A DNA stretch of 64,000 nt from Gemmatimonadales bacterium (GCA_046596135.1 JBKJMX010000028.1:10035-74034); one strand, 5' to 3'. Shown: positions 23,872-34,551, numbered from the stretch's first letter. The notes: generated by a model not told the origin, from the letters alone. Translations and numbers: made by a program.

Positions 23872-26136
23872 CTAGCCGCCGTACAGCATTCGGTACATCG
23901 CGGCGTTGCGGATCACGATCCGCACATAGTCCCTGGTCTCGATGAACGGAATCCGCTCGACAAACAACTCCACATCATCAAGTGGTGCCGTGACCGCCCT
24001 GTTGTTCGCGCCACTCAGCAGCGTGGCGGTCCATCGATTGACGCGCGACTGGCCGGCGTTGTACGCCGCGAGCGCGCGTTCCGGTTCGGGGTAGCGCTTG
24101 AGTGCGTTGCCGAAGTGCCGCATGCCCAGCGAGATGTTGAGTTCCGGCTGCCAGAGGAGCGCCGGATCGAGGTCGGTGAAGCCAAAATTACGACCGAGTT
24201 CCTTGCCCACCGACGGCATCACCTGCATCAGGCCGCGCGCATCGGTGCGGGACGTCGCGTGCGGCTGGAACGCGGATTCCTGGCGGATCACCGATGCTGC
24301 GAGCAATGCATCGACATTCTCGCGCTCGCCGGCAGTGAGCAGCGCATCGGCCCACGGCAAGGGATAGAGGAGTCGGTAGATGCGCGCGTCGCGCGGTGCA
24401 CCTGCGGCAATCGCCCGCTGCCCCAGCTGCGAGGCGCGTGCCGTGTAGCCCTGTTCCCGCATCGCTTCTGCGAGGATGAGCAGCGTCGACGCCGAGCTTA
24501 CATGCGTGCCCAGATGATCGAGCTCAAGGCGGGCCTCGGTGTCGAGACCGATGCGTTCCAACAATGCGACGCGTGCGAATGTCGGCGTCAGGGAGTCTGC
24601 GGACGAGAGCGGCGGCTCCGATGCGTTCCACGGCACGGTGTCGAGCCGGATCGCGGCACGGGTGGCGTAGTAACTCTCGGGCCCGCGCGCCAGCAATGTC
24701 CTGAGGATCGAGTCGGCAGTAACCTGCCGGCCGGTCGCCGCGGTGGCGCGCGCCCACCAGTAGCGGATCGCATCACCCTCACTGCTCGTGGCGTATGTGC
24801 CCAGGGCCCGGCGAAGTTCCCGCTCGGCGTTGGCGGCGTCATTCCGCGCGAGTGGAATCAGCGCAGCGAGCAGCGCACCGCGTGGCGCAAAGCTGCTGGT
24901 GGGATAGCGGGTGCCGAGCTGGCTGAACCACTTGTGGGCCCGTTCAACATCGCCGCCATCGACAGCAAGATCGCCCAGCAGGAAGAGCGCGGTGCCAGTG
25001 GCGAGCGTGTCACCCGGGAAGGTGGTCACGACCCGTTCGAGCGCGGTGACCGCGCCGCTTCCGTTACCGCTTCGCAGCAACGCGCGGGCATTGAGGTACG
25101 CTGCATGGCCGGCAAGCGACGGGTCTGTCACCCCTCGGAACTGTACCGCAGCGTCGGGCCAGCGGCCCAGGTCGGTGAGTGCCTTGCCATAGGCGAAGCG
25201 ATCTGCGCCCGACAATGTGGCGCTCTTTCCGGCGGCGGCGAATGCATCGGCTGATTGCGCGGCGCGCCCAACTGCTGCGGCCCTGCGGGCAACAGCCAGT
25301 CGTTCGGAACCGCTTACTGCAACGGGGGTACGTTCGATCAGGATCAGTGCATCGCGCGCTGTACTTGCGCTGACACCCGGGCGCAGCAGCGCCAGCAGCG
25401 CAGTGCGAACCGCGTTGCGTTCGGCATCGGTACGCGCAGCCTGCCACCGGAGTCGAAGCGATAATGCGGTGGCACCGAGTCGTCCATACGCGTCAGCGGC
25501 GGCGGCCGCATCCCCGAATCGCTCCAGTGCCTGCGCCTCGGTCCACGCAATCCTCGGCGCCGCCGCGCCCGAGGTTACGCTCCGATAGAGTGCCTGACGC
25601 GCCGCCGCGTCGGTGGTCACGCCGGCGGCTCGTAGCCAGAGCCACTCTCCGGCCGCGGGAAGCAGCACCGCGGCGTCGCGGTACGCCGCTGCGGCGCTGT
25701 CCCGCTGATCAACTCGGTCGAGTGCACGAGCCATCAGGACAAGTCGCAGTCCCTGTTCGTTGGCCGCGCGACCGGATCCACCCGCAGTGCTGGCTCGCGC
25801 CTCGATCAATGCTTGTGCGTTGCGTTGAGTGCCGAGCGCGGCCTCGGCGAGGAGCCGACGGCCGAGACGGTCGAACCGCGAATCGAGCCATGGTTCCTTT
25901 TCAAGCAGCGAGCGCACTGTCGACCACCCTTCCCAGCCCGCAGCCGCACGTGCCGCGAGCATGACGGCCTCCGGGGTGCGGGTGTCGGCGCGGGCGAGGA
26001 GTGGAGCGGCCAGCTGTGTGGCCTGCCACGACTGGCCCGCATCCAGGGCGCGCTCGATGTCGCGCAGCGGCGACTGCGCGCACATCGGTGCGGCGAGCAG
26101 CACCGCCGTGAGGGCCAGTGCCGATCGTTGTTTCAT
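23872..26136 (-). CDS. slt: Soluble lytic murein transglycosylase (Slt70-like)
   Basis: Signal peptide, a long helical-repeat N-domain and a C-terminal SLT domain (SVIRQESAFQPHATSRTDARGLMQVMP...AYNAG). The start ATG 26136 overlaps the upstream stop (ATGA). Confidence 0.85.
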   Translation of the reverse strand: MKQRSALALTAVLLAAPMCAQSPLRDIERALDAGQSWQATQLAAPLLARADTRTPEAVMLAARAAAGWEGWSTVRSLLEKEPWLDSRFDRLGRRLLAEAALGTQRNAQALIEARASTAGGSGRAANEQGLRLVLMARALDRVDQRDSAAAAYRDAAVLLPAAGEWLWLRAAGVTTDAAARQALYRSVTSGAAAPRIAWTEAQALERFGDAAAAADAYGRLGATALSLRLRWQAARTDAERNAVRTALLALLRPGVSASTARDALILIERTPVAVSGSERLAVARRAAAVGRAAQSADAFAAAGKSATLSGADRFAYGKALTDLGRWPDAAVQFRGVTDPSLAGHAAYLNARALLRSGNGSGAVTALERVVTTFPGDTLATGTALFLLGDLAVDGGDVERAHKWFSQLGTRYPTSSFAPRGALLAALIPLARNDAANAERELRRALGTYATSSEGDAIRYWWARATAATGRQVTADSILRTLLARGPESYYATRAAIRLDTVPWNASEPPLSSADSLTPTFARVALLERIGLDTEARLELDHLGTHVSSASTLLILAEAMREQGYTARASQLGQRAIAAGAPRDARIYRLLYPLPWADALLTAGERENVDALLAASVIRQESAFQPHATSRTDARGLMQVMPSVGKELGRNFGFTDLDPALLWQPELNISLGMRHFGNALKRYPEPERALAAYNAGQSRVNRWTATLLSGANNRAVTAPLDDVELFVERIPFIETRDYVRIVIRNAAMYRMLYGG

Positions 26137-27368
26137 GTGGTGAGCGGCAGATCCCATTCGGCTTCACCTTCCCAGCGCGCCACCACGGCGGTCGCCAAAC
26201 AGTTGCCGACGAGGTTCACCATGGTGCGCGCCATGTCCATCAGTTCATCGACACCAAGGATCACGGCGATTCCCTCGAGCGGGAGACCGAACGAAGATAG
26301 CGTCCCTGCGAGCACCACAAGCGAGGCACGCGGCACCGCTGCGATCCCCTTCGAGGTGATCAGCAGCGTGAGCATCATCAGCAGCTGCTGACCGAGTGAA
26401 AGTTGCACACCGGCCGCTTGTGCCACGAACAACGACGCCACGCCCAGGTAGAGGGTCGAACCGTCGAGATTGAATGAGTAGCCGGTGGGCATCACGAAGG
26501 CGACGATCCGGCGGGGTACGCCGAACTCGGTCATCTTCTGCATCGCGAGCGGCAGCGCGGCATCGGACGACGTGGTGGTGAACGCGATGATCGCCGGTTC
26601 CTTGACCGTGGCGAAGAACTTCCGAATGGGGACACGGAAGATCAGCATCGACGGGATCAGTGCCACAAGCGCGAATACGATGAGGGCGAGGTAGAGCGTG
26701 CCAACCAGCTTGGCGAGGTTGGCGATCACCCCGATGCCGCTGTGCGACACGGTGACCGCCATCGCCGCGCCGATGCCGATCGGCGCGTACTTCATGATCA
26801 CGTTCACCATCTTGAAGACCGTCTCCGCCAATCCCTCCGCGAAGTTGAGCACCGTCTCTTTCGCCTTGCCCGCCGGCACCTGCGACAACCCGATCGCGAA
26901 CATCACCGAGAAGAACACGACCTGGAGCACGCTGTTCTTCGAGGCAGCCTCAAAAAAGGAGAGGGGAACGAGGTGCTCCAGGAAGCCGCCAAGCGTCGTG
27001 GGCGCGGCCTGCGGTAGCGCGGCGCCGGGGTCGGGCGGCGGCAGCACCACCCCGATGCCGGGCTGGGCGAGGTTGCCGGCCACCAGGCCGATCACCAGTG
27101 CGATCGACGTCATCACTGTGAAGTAGATCATCGCCTTGCCGGCGAGGCGCCCGATCCGCTTCATGTCGTCGCCGTGCCCGGCAATCCCGACGACCAGCGT
27201 GCCAAAGAGAATCGGCACCACGATCATCTTGATCATGCGCAGGAAGAGCGTTGAGAATGGCTTGAGGCTGGCCCCGAACTCGGGAGCGAGCCAGCCGATC
27301 AGGATGCCCGCTCCCATCCCGATGAAGATCCACCCCGTGAGGCCGATCCGCTTGATGATTCCGATCAT
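26133..27368 (-). CDS. Dicarboxylate/amino acid:cation symporter (DAACS, GltP/DctA-like)
   Basis: IGIIKRIGLTGWIFIGMGAGILIGW at the N-terminus. Conserved SSDAALP, FNLDGSTLY and AAVPRASLV segments are present. The start is chosen at ATG 27368. Confidence 0.9.
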   Translation of the reverse strand: MIGIIKRIGLTGWIFIGMGAGILIGWLAPEFGASLKPFSTLFLRMIKMIVVPILFGTLVVGIAGHGDDMKRIGRLAGKAMIYFTVMTSIALVIGLVAGNLAQPGIGVVLPPPDPGAALPQAAPTTLGGFLEHLVPLSFFEAASKNSVLQVVFFSVMFAIGLSQVPAGKAKETVLNFAEGLAETVFKMVNVIMKYAPIGIGAAMAVTVSHSGIGVIANLAKLVGTLYLALIVFALVALIPSMLIFRVPIRKFFATVKEPAIIAFTTTSSDAALPLAMQKMTEFGVPRRIVAFVMPTGYSFNLDGSTLYLGVASLFVAQAAGVQLSLGQQLLMMLTLLITSKGIAAVPRASLVVLAGTLSSFGLPLEGIAVILGVDELMDMARTMVNLVGNCLATAVVARWEGEAEWDLPLTT

Positions 27369-27393
27369 GCGTGTTCCTCGTCGTGCGGGAGGG

Positions 27394-28506
27394 TTAGCCG
27401 GCGAGTGCCCGGCCCTTTGTTTCGATGCTGTCCAGCAGTCCGGTCCAGCTTGCCGCGAACTTCGCCACGCCATCCTCCTCGAGGAAGACGGTGCGTTCGG
27501 CCAGCGGTGCCACATTCAGCGCTTCGTAGGCCGCCAGCATCGCCGCGGCGTCGCGCTCGGCATCGACCGTGATCCGCACGTGTGGATCGCCATGGTCGGC
27601 GTAGGCGCGGAAGGTGTCGGGCGGGATGGTGTTCACGGTGTCGGGTGCCACCAGCGCCTCGATATACCAGGTATCGGGGAGCGATGGATCCTTGGTGCTG
27701 GTCGAGGCCCACAGCGGGCGCTGCGCGCGCGCACCGCGCGCTGCCAGCGCCTGCCATCGGGGAGTGTTGAGCGACTGGCCGAAGGTGTCGTAGGCATGCA
27801 CCGCATTGGCGATCGCGATCCGGTGCAGGAACGGCTCACCCCGCGCGCCGGCCTTGGCGAGCGCAGGGTCGGTCTGGCCATCGACACGGCTCACGAAGAA
27901 CGACGCCACGGAGTGGAGGGTGTCAATCGCGCCGCCGGCTTCGGCCCGCTGTTCGAGGCCACTCATGAACGCATCAATCACCCGACGGTAGCGCTCCACC
28001 GAGAACAGCAGCGTGATGTTGATGTTGATGCCTTGCGCGAGGCAGTGCGAGATCGCGGGCAGGCCTGCCAGGGTGGCGGGAATCTTGATCATCACGTTCG
28101 GGCGATCGAGGCGCGCCCAGAGCCGCTCGGCCTCGGCGATCGTGCCCTCGGTGTCGTTGGCGAGCGTCGGCGCGACCTCAAGCGACACGGTACCGTCGCC
28201 GTGGCCGCTGGCATCGTACACCGGCCGGAACACATCACACGCCGCCTGTACATCAGCCACCGCGAGCGACTCGGCGATCTCGCTTGCCGTTGATCCGGCT
28301 GCGGTCAGCGTGGCGATGTCCTCGTCGTAGTCGATGCTGGACGCGATCGCCTTCTCGAAGATTGTCGGGTTGGACGTCATCCCGCGCAGCCCCTCCTCGC
28401 GGATAAGCCGGGCAAGCTCGCCGGAACGCACCAGGTCGCGGGTGATGAAGTCGTACCAGGGACTCTGGCCGAGATCGCACAGGCGGACCAGGGGGTGCTG
28501 CGTCAT
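27394..28506 (-). CDS. tal: Transaldolase (long form)
   Basis: GQSPWYDFITRD, GMTSNPTIFEKAI and IKIPAT are present. It sits immediately downstream of tkt. Confidence 0.9.
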   Translation of the reverse strand: MTQHPLVRLCDLGQSPWYDFITRDLVRSGELARLIREEGLRGMTSNPTIFEKAIASSIDYDEDIATLTAAGSTASEIAESLAVADVQAACDVFRPVYDASGHGDGTVSLEVAPTLANDTEGTIAEAERLWARLDRPNVMIKIPATLAGLPAISHCLAQGININITLLFSVERYRRVIDAFMSGLEQRAEAGGAIDTLHSVASFFVSRVDGQTDPALAKAGARGEPFLHRIAIANAVHAYDTFGQSLNTPRWQALAARGARAQRPLWASTSTKDPSLPDTWYIEALVAPDTVNTIPPDTFRAYADHGDPHVRITVDAERDAAAMLAAYEALNVAPLAERTVFLEEDGVAKFAASWTGLLDSIETKGRALAG

Positions 28507-28520
28507 GTCAACCTCAAACG

Positions 28521-30506
28521 TCAGGCGATCGAACGGATCGCGTCGACAACATGGTCCGGCGTGAGGCCGAACTCCTCGAACAATCGCTCGCCGGGCGCAG
28601 ACTGACCATAGTGGTCAATCCCGATCGCGACACCACGATCACCGATCCACTGGCGCCACCCGAAGGTGGCCGCCGCCTCGATCGAGACGCGGGCGGTGAG
28701 CGATGGCGGCAGAACGCGATGGCGCCATGCCTCGTCCTGCGCGGCGAACAGTTCCCACGATGGCATCGAGACCACGCGCACCGGGAACGATTCGTCGCCG
28801 AGGCGCTTCGCGGCGTCCATGGCGACGGACACCTCGGATCCCGTGGCGATGATCACGCCGCGTGGTGCCTCGGCGGGTTCATGCAGGATGTAACCGCCCC
28901 GCGCCAGCTCGCTCGCGCTGTCGGCTGAACGTGTCAGCGCGGGAAGCTTCTGCCGCGTGAGGATCAGGGCGGTGGGACCGGATGTCCGGGCGATCGCGGT
29001 ACGCCACGCCTCGACGGTCTCGGCGGCGTCGGCGGGGCGCAGTGTCACCAGACCGGCGATACCGCGCAGCATCGCGAGATGCTCGATCGGCTGATGGGTC
29101 GGTCCGTCCTCGCCCACGCCGATCGAATCGTGGGTGAAGACGTAGATCACCGGCAACTTCATCAATGATGCGAGGCGAATTGACGGCTTGCAGTAATCGG
29201 CGAAGACCAGGAACGTGGCGCCATACGGACGCACGCCACCGTGCGCGGCCATGCCGTTGAGCGCGGCGCACATCGCGTGCTCGCGCACACCCCAGTGCAG
29301 CCTCGGTCCCGTCGATTCCGGCCCGAAGGTGTCGCCGAACTTGATGTTCGTACCGTTGCTGCCGCCGAGGTCGGCTGAGCCACCGGCGAACCCGGGAATG
29401 ACGGGCGCGAGTGCGGCCAACGACTTCTGCGATGCCTGGCGGCTGGCGAGGGACTCCGCAGCGAGGTCGGGAAGCACGGCATCCCAGCCGTCGGGCAGCG
29501 CACCGCTGAGCTGCGCGCGGAATGCATCGGCACGCGGATGCTGCGCGAGCGCCGCTTCCCACTCGTGCCTCGCGTGGGCACCGCGTTCGGCTGCGGGCTG
29601 CATCTCGGTGTACGCCTCGGCCGGCACGTGAAAAGGATCGGACGGCCAGCCGAGGATCTCCTTGGTACGCGCGATCTCTTCCTTGCCGAGTGGCGCGCCG
29701 TGCGCTTCCGACGTGTCACGCTTGGTCGGCGCGGGATCGGCAATGATGGTGCGAAGCACAATCAGCGTTGGCCGATCGGAATCACGGGCGGTGCGGTATG
29801 CCGCATCGATCGCATCGAGGTCGTTGCCGTCGTGCACGTGCAGCACGGCCCAGCCATAGGCCGTGAAGCGCATCCCGACATCCTCGGTGAAAGCCAGGTC
29901 GGTGCGTCCGTCGATGGTGATGTGATTGTCGTCGTACACCACTGTGAGCTTGGCGAGCTTGAGGTGTCCGGCCAACGAAGCGGCCTCGCTTGACACGCCT
30001 TCCATCATGTCGCCATCACTCGCGAACACCCAGGTGTGATGGTCCACGATTGCGCCGTCGGCGTTGTACTGGCTGGCGAGCAGCCGCTCGGCGATCGCCA
30101 TGCCGACCGAATTGCCGAATCCCTGCCCCAGCGGCCCGGTGGTGGTTTCGACCCCCACTGTGTGGCCCCGCTCCGGGTGTCCCGGGGTCAGCGAGCCCCA
30201 TTGCCGGAAGTTCTTGATCTCCTCCAGAGGGAGATCGTATCCCGACAGGTGCAGCAGTCCGTAGAGCAACATCGACGCGTGGCCGCAGGAGAGTACGAAC
30301 CGATCGCGATTGGCCCACAGCGGATGCGCCGGATCGTACACCAGATAGTGACGCCAGAGCACGTAGCCCGCGGGGGCGAGCGCCATCGGTGTCCCAGGAT
30401 GGCCGCTGTTGGCGCGTTCCACCGCGTCCATCGCGAGGACCCGGAGGGAGTTGATCGCCTGCCACGCGGCAGGAGTCGAGATCGGGGTGCTGGAGGGCTG
30501 GCTCAC
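28521..30506 (-). CDS. tkt: Transketolase
   Basis: [27 protein letters not shown], the TPP motif region [12 protein letters not shown], and [19 protein letters not shown]. Confidence 0.95.
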   Translation of the reverse strand: MSQPSSTPISTPAAWQAINSLRVLAMDAVERANSGHPGTPMALAPAGYVLWRHYLVYDPAHPLWANRDRFVLSCGHASMLLYGLLHLSGYDLPLEEIKNFRQWGSLTPGHPERGHTVGVETTTGPLGQGFGNSVGMAIAERLLASQYNADGAIVDHHTWVFASDGDMMEGVSSEAASLAGHLKLAKLTVVYDDNHITIDGRTDLAFTEDVGMRFTAYGWAVLHVHDGNDLDAIDAAYRTARDSDRPTLIVLRTIIADPAPTKRDTSEAHGAPLGKEEIARTKEILGWPSDPFHVPAEAYTEMQPAAERGAHARHEWEAALAQHPRADAFRAQLSGALPDGWDAVLPDLAAESLASRQASQKSLAALAPVIPGFAGGSADLGGSNGTNIKFGDTFGPESTGPRLHWGVREHAMCAALNGMAAHGGVRPYGATFLVFADYCKPSIRLASLMKLPVIYVFTHDSIGVGEDGPTHQPIEHLAMLRGIAGLVTLRPADAAETVEAWRTAIARTSGPTALILTRQKLPALTRSADSASELARGGYILHEPAEAPRGVIIATGSEVSVAMDAAKRLGDESFPVRVVSMPSWELFAAQDEAWRHRVLPPSLTARVSIEAAATFGWRQWIGDRGVAIGIDHYGQSAPGERLFEEFGLTPDHVVDAIRSIA

Positions 30507-30631
30507 GGGGCTCGAGGCTGGGGTGCAGATTGATGTCGGCGGGGAAAGGTAAATGGGGAACCGGAACCGGGGAGTATCGCGGCCATCCGGATCCCCCGGT
30601 GCCAGCGCTCATCGCTCGATCGTCACCATTG

Positions 30632-31141
30632 ATGGAACAGTTGCACACTTCTCCCGACACCGATGGGGACACGATGGCCACCACCGACGACGCCGATACA
30701 ACCACGCCCGAAACCCCTTCGCCCAAGACGCCGACCCGCACGCGCCGGTCGTCGGCGAAGAAGGCCTCCGCCCGCCGGACTAGCGCCACGAAGCAGGCGT
30801 CGGCAAAGGCGGCCAAGACCAGCAAGTCCACCAAGACTGCGGCAAAGCCGTCGCGAACCGCCGCAGTGGGACGTGTCCTGGGCAACCTGGCGCGAGCCGG
30901 TGCCAAGTCCGGCGCGCGTGCCGCTGCGGCCGCAGTTGCCGTTGCGGTTGCCCGGCAGGTCAAGACCAAGGTGGCGGAACGCCAGGAAGACAAGAAGAAA
31001 GCGAAGCGCGTCACAGCCATGAAGGTCGCAGCGGGCGTCGCCACCGCAGCGGTGGTGGGACGAGTGGTCAGCAGGGCCGTGAAGGCCAGGAAGGCGAAGG
31101 CAGCGGCCACGAAGCGCGCGGCGGCCAGCAAGAAGAAGTAG
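30632..31141 (+). CDS. Lys/Ala-rich basic low-complexity protein (histone H1/AlgP-like composition)
   Basis: There is a strong GC3 bias in this frame. The acidic N-terminus is followed by KAxxK/AAKx-rich sequence. The start is uncertain (30530 or 30632). Confidence 0.5.
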   Translation: MEQLHTSPDTDGDTMATTDDADTTTPETPSPKTPTRTRRSSAKKASARRTSATKQASAKAAKTSKSTKTAAKPSRTAAVGRVLGNLARAGAKSGARAAAAAVAVAVARQVKTKVAERQEDKKKAKRVTAMKVAAGVATAAVVGRVVSRAVKARKAKAAATKRAAASKKK

Positions 31142-31146
31142 GGGCG

Positions 31147-32790
31147 CTATTCGCCCAGGTTCACCCACTGAAACCGGCCGTCTGGATTGACCAGCCAGGC
31201 GGCGTGCGCAACGCCACCGAAGATGCGACGCAGCTCCTCCACCTGCTTGTCGGCGGGGAGTTGGCCGATCTTGACCGCTGCATCGGGCGGCACTTGCGCC
31301 ACCACGCGTGCCCGCGCCCGCCAGAGGTCGCCCATGGCCGGCATGGCGTAGCCGATCACGGCGACCCGCCGGTCGATCCCGGTGCCGTTCACGCGGAATC
31401 GCGACTCGATCACTGCGAAACGCTGTGCCACCTCACCGCTCGCCTCCATTTCACCGCTGATTCGACCGGCACCGAGTATCAGCGCAATGGTTGCCATGGC
31501 TGCAGTCACGCCGACCCGCCATCGCCGCGCCGGCGCGGCGACCGAGTCATCGGTGGGCGCCCTCATCCGCAGCCATGTCATCAGCGCCATGATCATCAAC
31601 AGCACGAACGGAGCGATTAGTCGTGGTTCGGCGTGGACGGCCACGAATTGCGCGACGCCTGCCAGGCCCAGTCCGGCGAGCACCAGCAAGTTGCGTTGCG
31701 CGGGATCGGGCATGTCGCCTTCACGCCTCCGCCGATGCACCAGGGCGAACGGCACGAGCACCAGCATCACAACCGGCGAGATCCAGGCGGCGGCGTAGTA
31801 CGCCTGCTTCGCCCAGTAGGAAACAAGGGCGCCGATGGTTGGCGGCGTGCTGTTCTGGGTGATCACACCGGCTTGCCACGCGGTAGGATCTGACCATGGC
31901 AGGTAGGTCCATCGTCGCAGGTCGTCGAGGCCTGCCACCACAACCGTCTGCCCGTCATCAAGCGCGAGCTGCTTGTAGCGCTCGTGATCACCCACGTGGG
32001 TGTCGGGCGTCCGGCCGTCACATGATTCCAGGTACCAGCAGAGGCTGAGTCGACCGGTGGACGACATCGTCAGGTGGCCGGCACTGCTGCTCATCGCACC
32101 GACCCAGGGCGCCATTACGAGCAGCATCACGCCGCTGGCGCGCAACGCGATCCCGCGCGCCGCGCGACCCTGCGCGGTCGCCACTCGCGCCACCGTGACC
32201 ACCACCAGCCACGGCCAGACGCTTGTCTTCGCGAGAAACAACACGCCGAGCAGTAAACCGAGCCGCATCCAGCGTTCACCGCGATGGGCGATGAGTTCGT
32301 ACGTCGTCCATGCCATCAACGAGAGCAGCAGCAGGTCGGGGGTCACGGACTCGATCCGCAATGGTCGGGCAGCGGCCATGATGAACGTGGCCATGCCTGC
32401 GCGGGCGACGAATCGATCGCCTGCCTGATGGCTCCACCTCCAGATTGCCGCCACGCCGACGCCGGCGATGGCCGCGTTGAGATAATGGACGGTGGGGAGG
32501 AAGGCGTTGCCCTCGAACGACGACGCGCTACCCACAATGGCGAGGAGGGCCGGGTAGAGTGGCGACCAATAGCCCTGCACGAACGCCGACCAGTCGCCGC
32601 GGCGGAGTGCACCGGCGAGATCGAGGTACGACACACCATCGGGGTTTATGCTGTTGCGAGTCGCATAGGCCAGCGCCACGCAAATCGCCACCGTGATCGC
32701 GGCGAGAATGTCGATTTCCACCAGACGACCGGCAGCCGCCACGGCGGGGGTCAGTGCCGGTTCTGTCGGCTTCTTCTTTGTCCGTCTCAT
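31147..32790 (-). CDS. Polytopic membrane protein, possible GT-C-fold glycosyltransferase (ArnT/PMT-like)
   Basis: 547 aa with more than 10 predicted TM helices followed by a soluble C-terminal domain. The N-terminal loop with DGVSYLD resembles GT-C enzymes. The functional call is weak. Confidence 0.55.
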   Translation of the reverse strand: MRRTKKKPTEPALTPAVAAAGRLVEIDILAAITVAICVALAYATRNSINPDGVSYLDLAGALRRGDWSAFVQGYWSPLYPALLAIVGSASSFEGNAFLPTVHYLNAAIAGVGVAAIWRWSHQAGDRFVARAGMATFIMAAARPLRIESVTPDLLLLSLMAWTTYELIAHRGERWMRLGLLLGVLFLAKTSVWPWLVVVTVARVATAQGRAARGIALRASGVMLLVMAPWVGAMSSSAGHLTMSSTGRLSLCWYLESCDGRTPDTHVGDHERYKQLALDDGQTVVVAGLDDLRRWTYLPWSDPTAWQAGVITQNSTPPTIGALVSYWAKQAYYAAAWISPVVMLVLVPFALVHRRRREGDMPDPAQRNLLVLAGLGLAGVAQFVAVHAEPRLIAPFVLLMIMALMTWLRMRAPTDDSVAAPARRWRVGVTAAMATIALILGAGRISGEMEASGEVAQRFAVIESRFRVNGTGIDRRVAVIGYAMPAMGDLWRARARVVAQVPPDAAVKIGQLPADKQVEELRRIFGGVAHAAWLVNPDGRFQWVNLGE

Positions 32791-33072
32791 GGGCCCCGCG
32801 TAATGCGAGCAACGGTGTGACCGGGCGCTGCGCGCCGGTAGGGCGGAAGGCAGGCAAGATGGGCGGACGGGCCCCGCCTGTCACCGGGCTAATGTTGCAA
32901 TCGTGACACACAAAACGTGGACATGGCGCCCCGATTGGGATCTGGGACCTCGGCGGTTCGCCGGTTTCCATCGCGCCCAGGTAATTCGGTTCCGGCACGC
33001 GTGATGCATGGATGGGATGCTCCGGCCGCTTTGAGCGGCCCGACCCCCTGACCATGACCTCAACGGGCCGGT

Positions 33073-33906
33073 ATGAGCAATGACAGCTTGCGTGCACGCA
33101 TCCGCCTGGCGATCGGCGGCGACCTGATGATCGGCGATCGACTGCCATCGCCCGATGGGTCGTACCGCTATGCGGCGACCCGGGGTCGCGACGCCGCCCT
33201 CGTGACGGTCTACCCGCGGGCACCGATCGGTCCCACGCCTGAAGCATTGAGGAGCATGGTCGACCGCTTTCGAGCGGCGCAGCACGCGGCGCTCGTGGCC
33301 CCCGGGGACACCGCCGAGGTCGACGGGCACGCCTGCCTCGTCACCGCCCGGCCTGAGGGGCTTACGTTGCGGGAGCGGCTAGCGCGACGGTCCGCGCTTC
33401 CGGTTCACGAGTCGATCGCGGCGCTGCGGGACCTTGCCAGGGCGCTGGCGTCACTCCATCGTCGCGACCTGACTCACGGTGCGCTCGACCTCGACGCTGT
33501 CTACCTGACCGACCGCGGCGCGGTGTTGGGCGGAGTCGACACTGCCGGTGCCGGGACGGTCCGGGACGACCTCGACGCCCTGGGCCAGGTGGCGTATGCA
33601 CTCTTTGCCGGCGACCTCCCGGCCGAGACGCCGCTGCCGCTATCACGACACCGCCGGGCACTCCCGCCCGAGCTCCATCACCTGATCGACAGCATGGTCG
33701 ACCCCGATGTGTCCCGACGCCCCGATCGGGCCGAGCAGGTTCTCGGGTCGCTGGATGCCGTTCGTGCCCGCCACCCGATGCTGATTCCGTCGTTCCTCGA
33801 TGGGGCAAGCCACGGTGCGCGGCTACCGCAGTCGGTGATGAGCCGGGTTTTGGTGGCGGTGGCGGCGATTCTGCTGGCAGCGTGGTTGGTGGCTGTGGGG
33901 GGGTAG
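33073..33906 (+). CDS. Membrane-anchored protein-kinase-like protein with degenerate catalytic motifs (pseudokinase)
   Basis: Kinase-like core with HRRDLTHGALDLDAVYL, but with no Gly-rich loop, no VAIK lysine (ALVTVY) and no DFG. There is a C-terminal TM helix (VLVAVAAILLAAWLVAV). Confidence 0.7.
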   Translation: MSNDSLRARIRLAIGGDLMIGDRLPSPDGSYRYAATRGRDAALVTVYPRAPIGPTPEALRSMVDRFRAAQHAALVAPGDTAEVDGHACLVTARPEGLTLRERLARRSALPVHESIAALRDLARALASLHRRDLTHGALDLDAVYLTDRGAVLGGVDTAGAGTVRDDLDALGQVAYALFAGDLPAETPLPLSRHRRALPPELHHLIDSMVDPDVSRRPDRAEQVLGSLDAVRARHPMLIPSFLDGASHGARLPQSVMSRVLVAVAAILLAAWLVAVGG

Positions 33907-33958
33907 AGGGAAGTCGGAAAGCCGTTGAGCAGTAAGCCGGCAGGGCCCAAGACGCATC

Positions 33959-34063
<105 letters not shown>

Positions 34064-34107
34064 CGATTATCTTTCCGCGCTGGACCCAGTAACCGAGAAG
34101 GATCTAC

Positions 34108-34539
34108 GTGGCCCGTTCGAGACGCCGGGGCGGCACCGCCGTTGCCCCGCCAGTGGAAGAAGCAGAAGAGACAGGAACAGCGCAGAAGGGTGGTGGGCTT
34201 CGCCGATCGCCTGGTCGTGCCTACGGATCGCACCGTGAATGGCTGCTCGCGCGCCACGGCTCAGTGTGCGCTTATTGCGGCACCCGCGTTCCAGCCGAAA
34301 CCATCACATTGGACCATGTCCGCCCGCGACGCGGCCAGTCTGCGTACGATCGCGCCGACAACCTCGTACTCGCCTGCCGGCCGTGCAACGCCGCGAAGGC
34401 CGATACGCCGTTGATGGCATTCCTGATGGCGCGCCGCGCCCGCGGCGTGTTCCTGCTGCACTACGGCGAGCACCTGTCGGACCCGCTGAAGCAGCTCGCG
34501 CGTCAGGCGAGCGAGCGTCCGCTGCTCCCTCCGAGCTGA
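34108..34539 (+). CDS. HNH endonuclease
   Basis: CAYCG...TLDHVRPRRGQSAYDRADNLVLACRPCNAAK (an HNH/His-Me finger with CxxC pairs). GTG start. Confidence 0.85.
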   Translation: MARSRRRGGTAVAPPVEEAEETGTAQKGGGLRRSPGRAYGSHREWLLARHGSVCAYCGTRVPAETITLDHVRPRRGQSAYDRADNLVLACRPCNAAKADTPLMAFLMARRARGVFLLHYGEHLSDPLKQLARQASERPLLPPS

Positions 34540-34551
34540 ATCAGGGGCGCC

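Noticed and set aside
30016-31168. Minus-strand ORFs (371 and 181 aa) opposite the Lys/Ala-rich gene and the tkt 5' end.
   Set aside because: The Ala/Arg-rich antisense translation is a by-product of GCN/AAG-rich plus-strand codons. The plus-strand frame has the better GC3 pattern, although its own coding status is only moderately supported.
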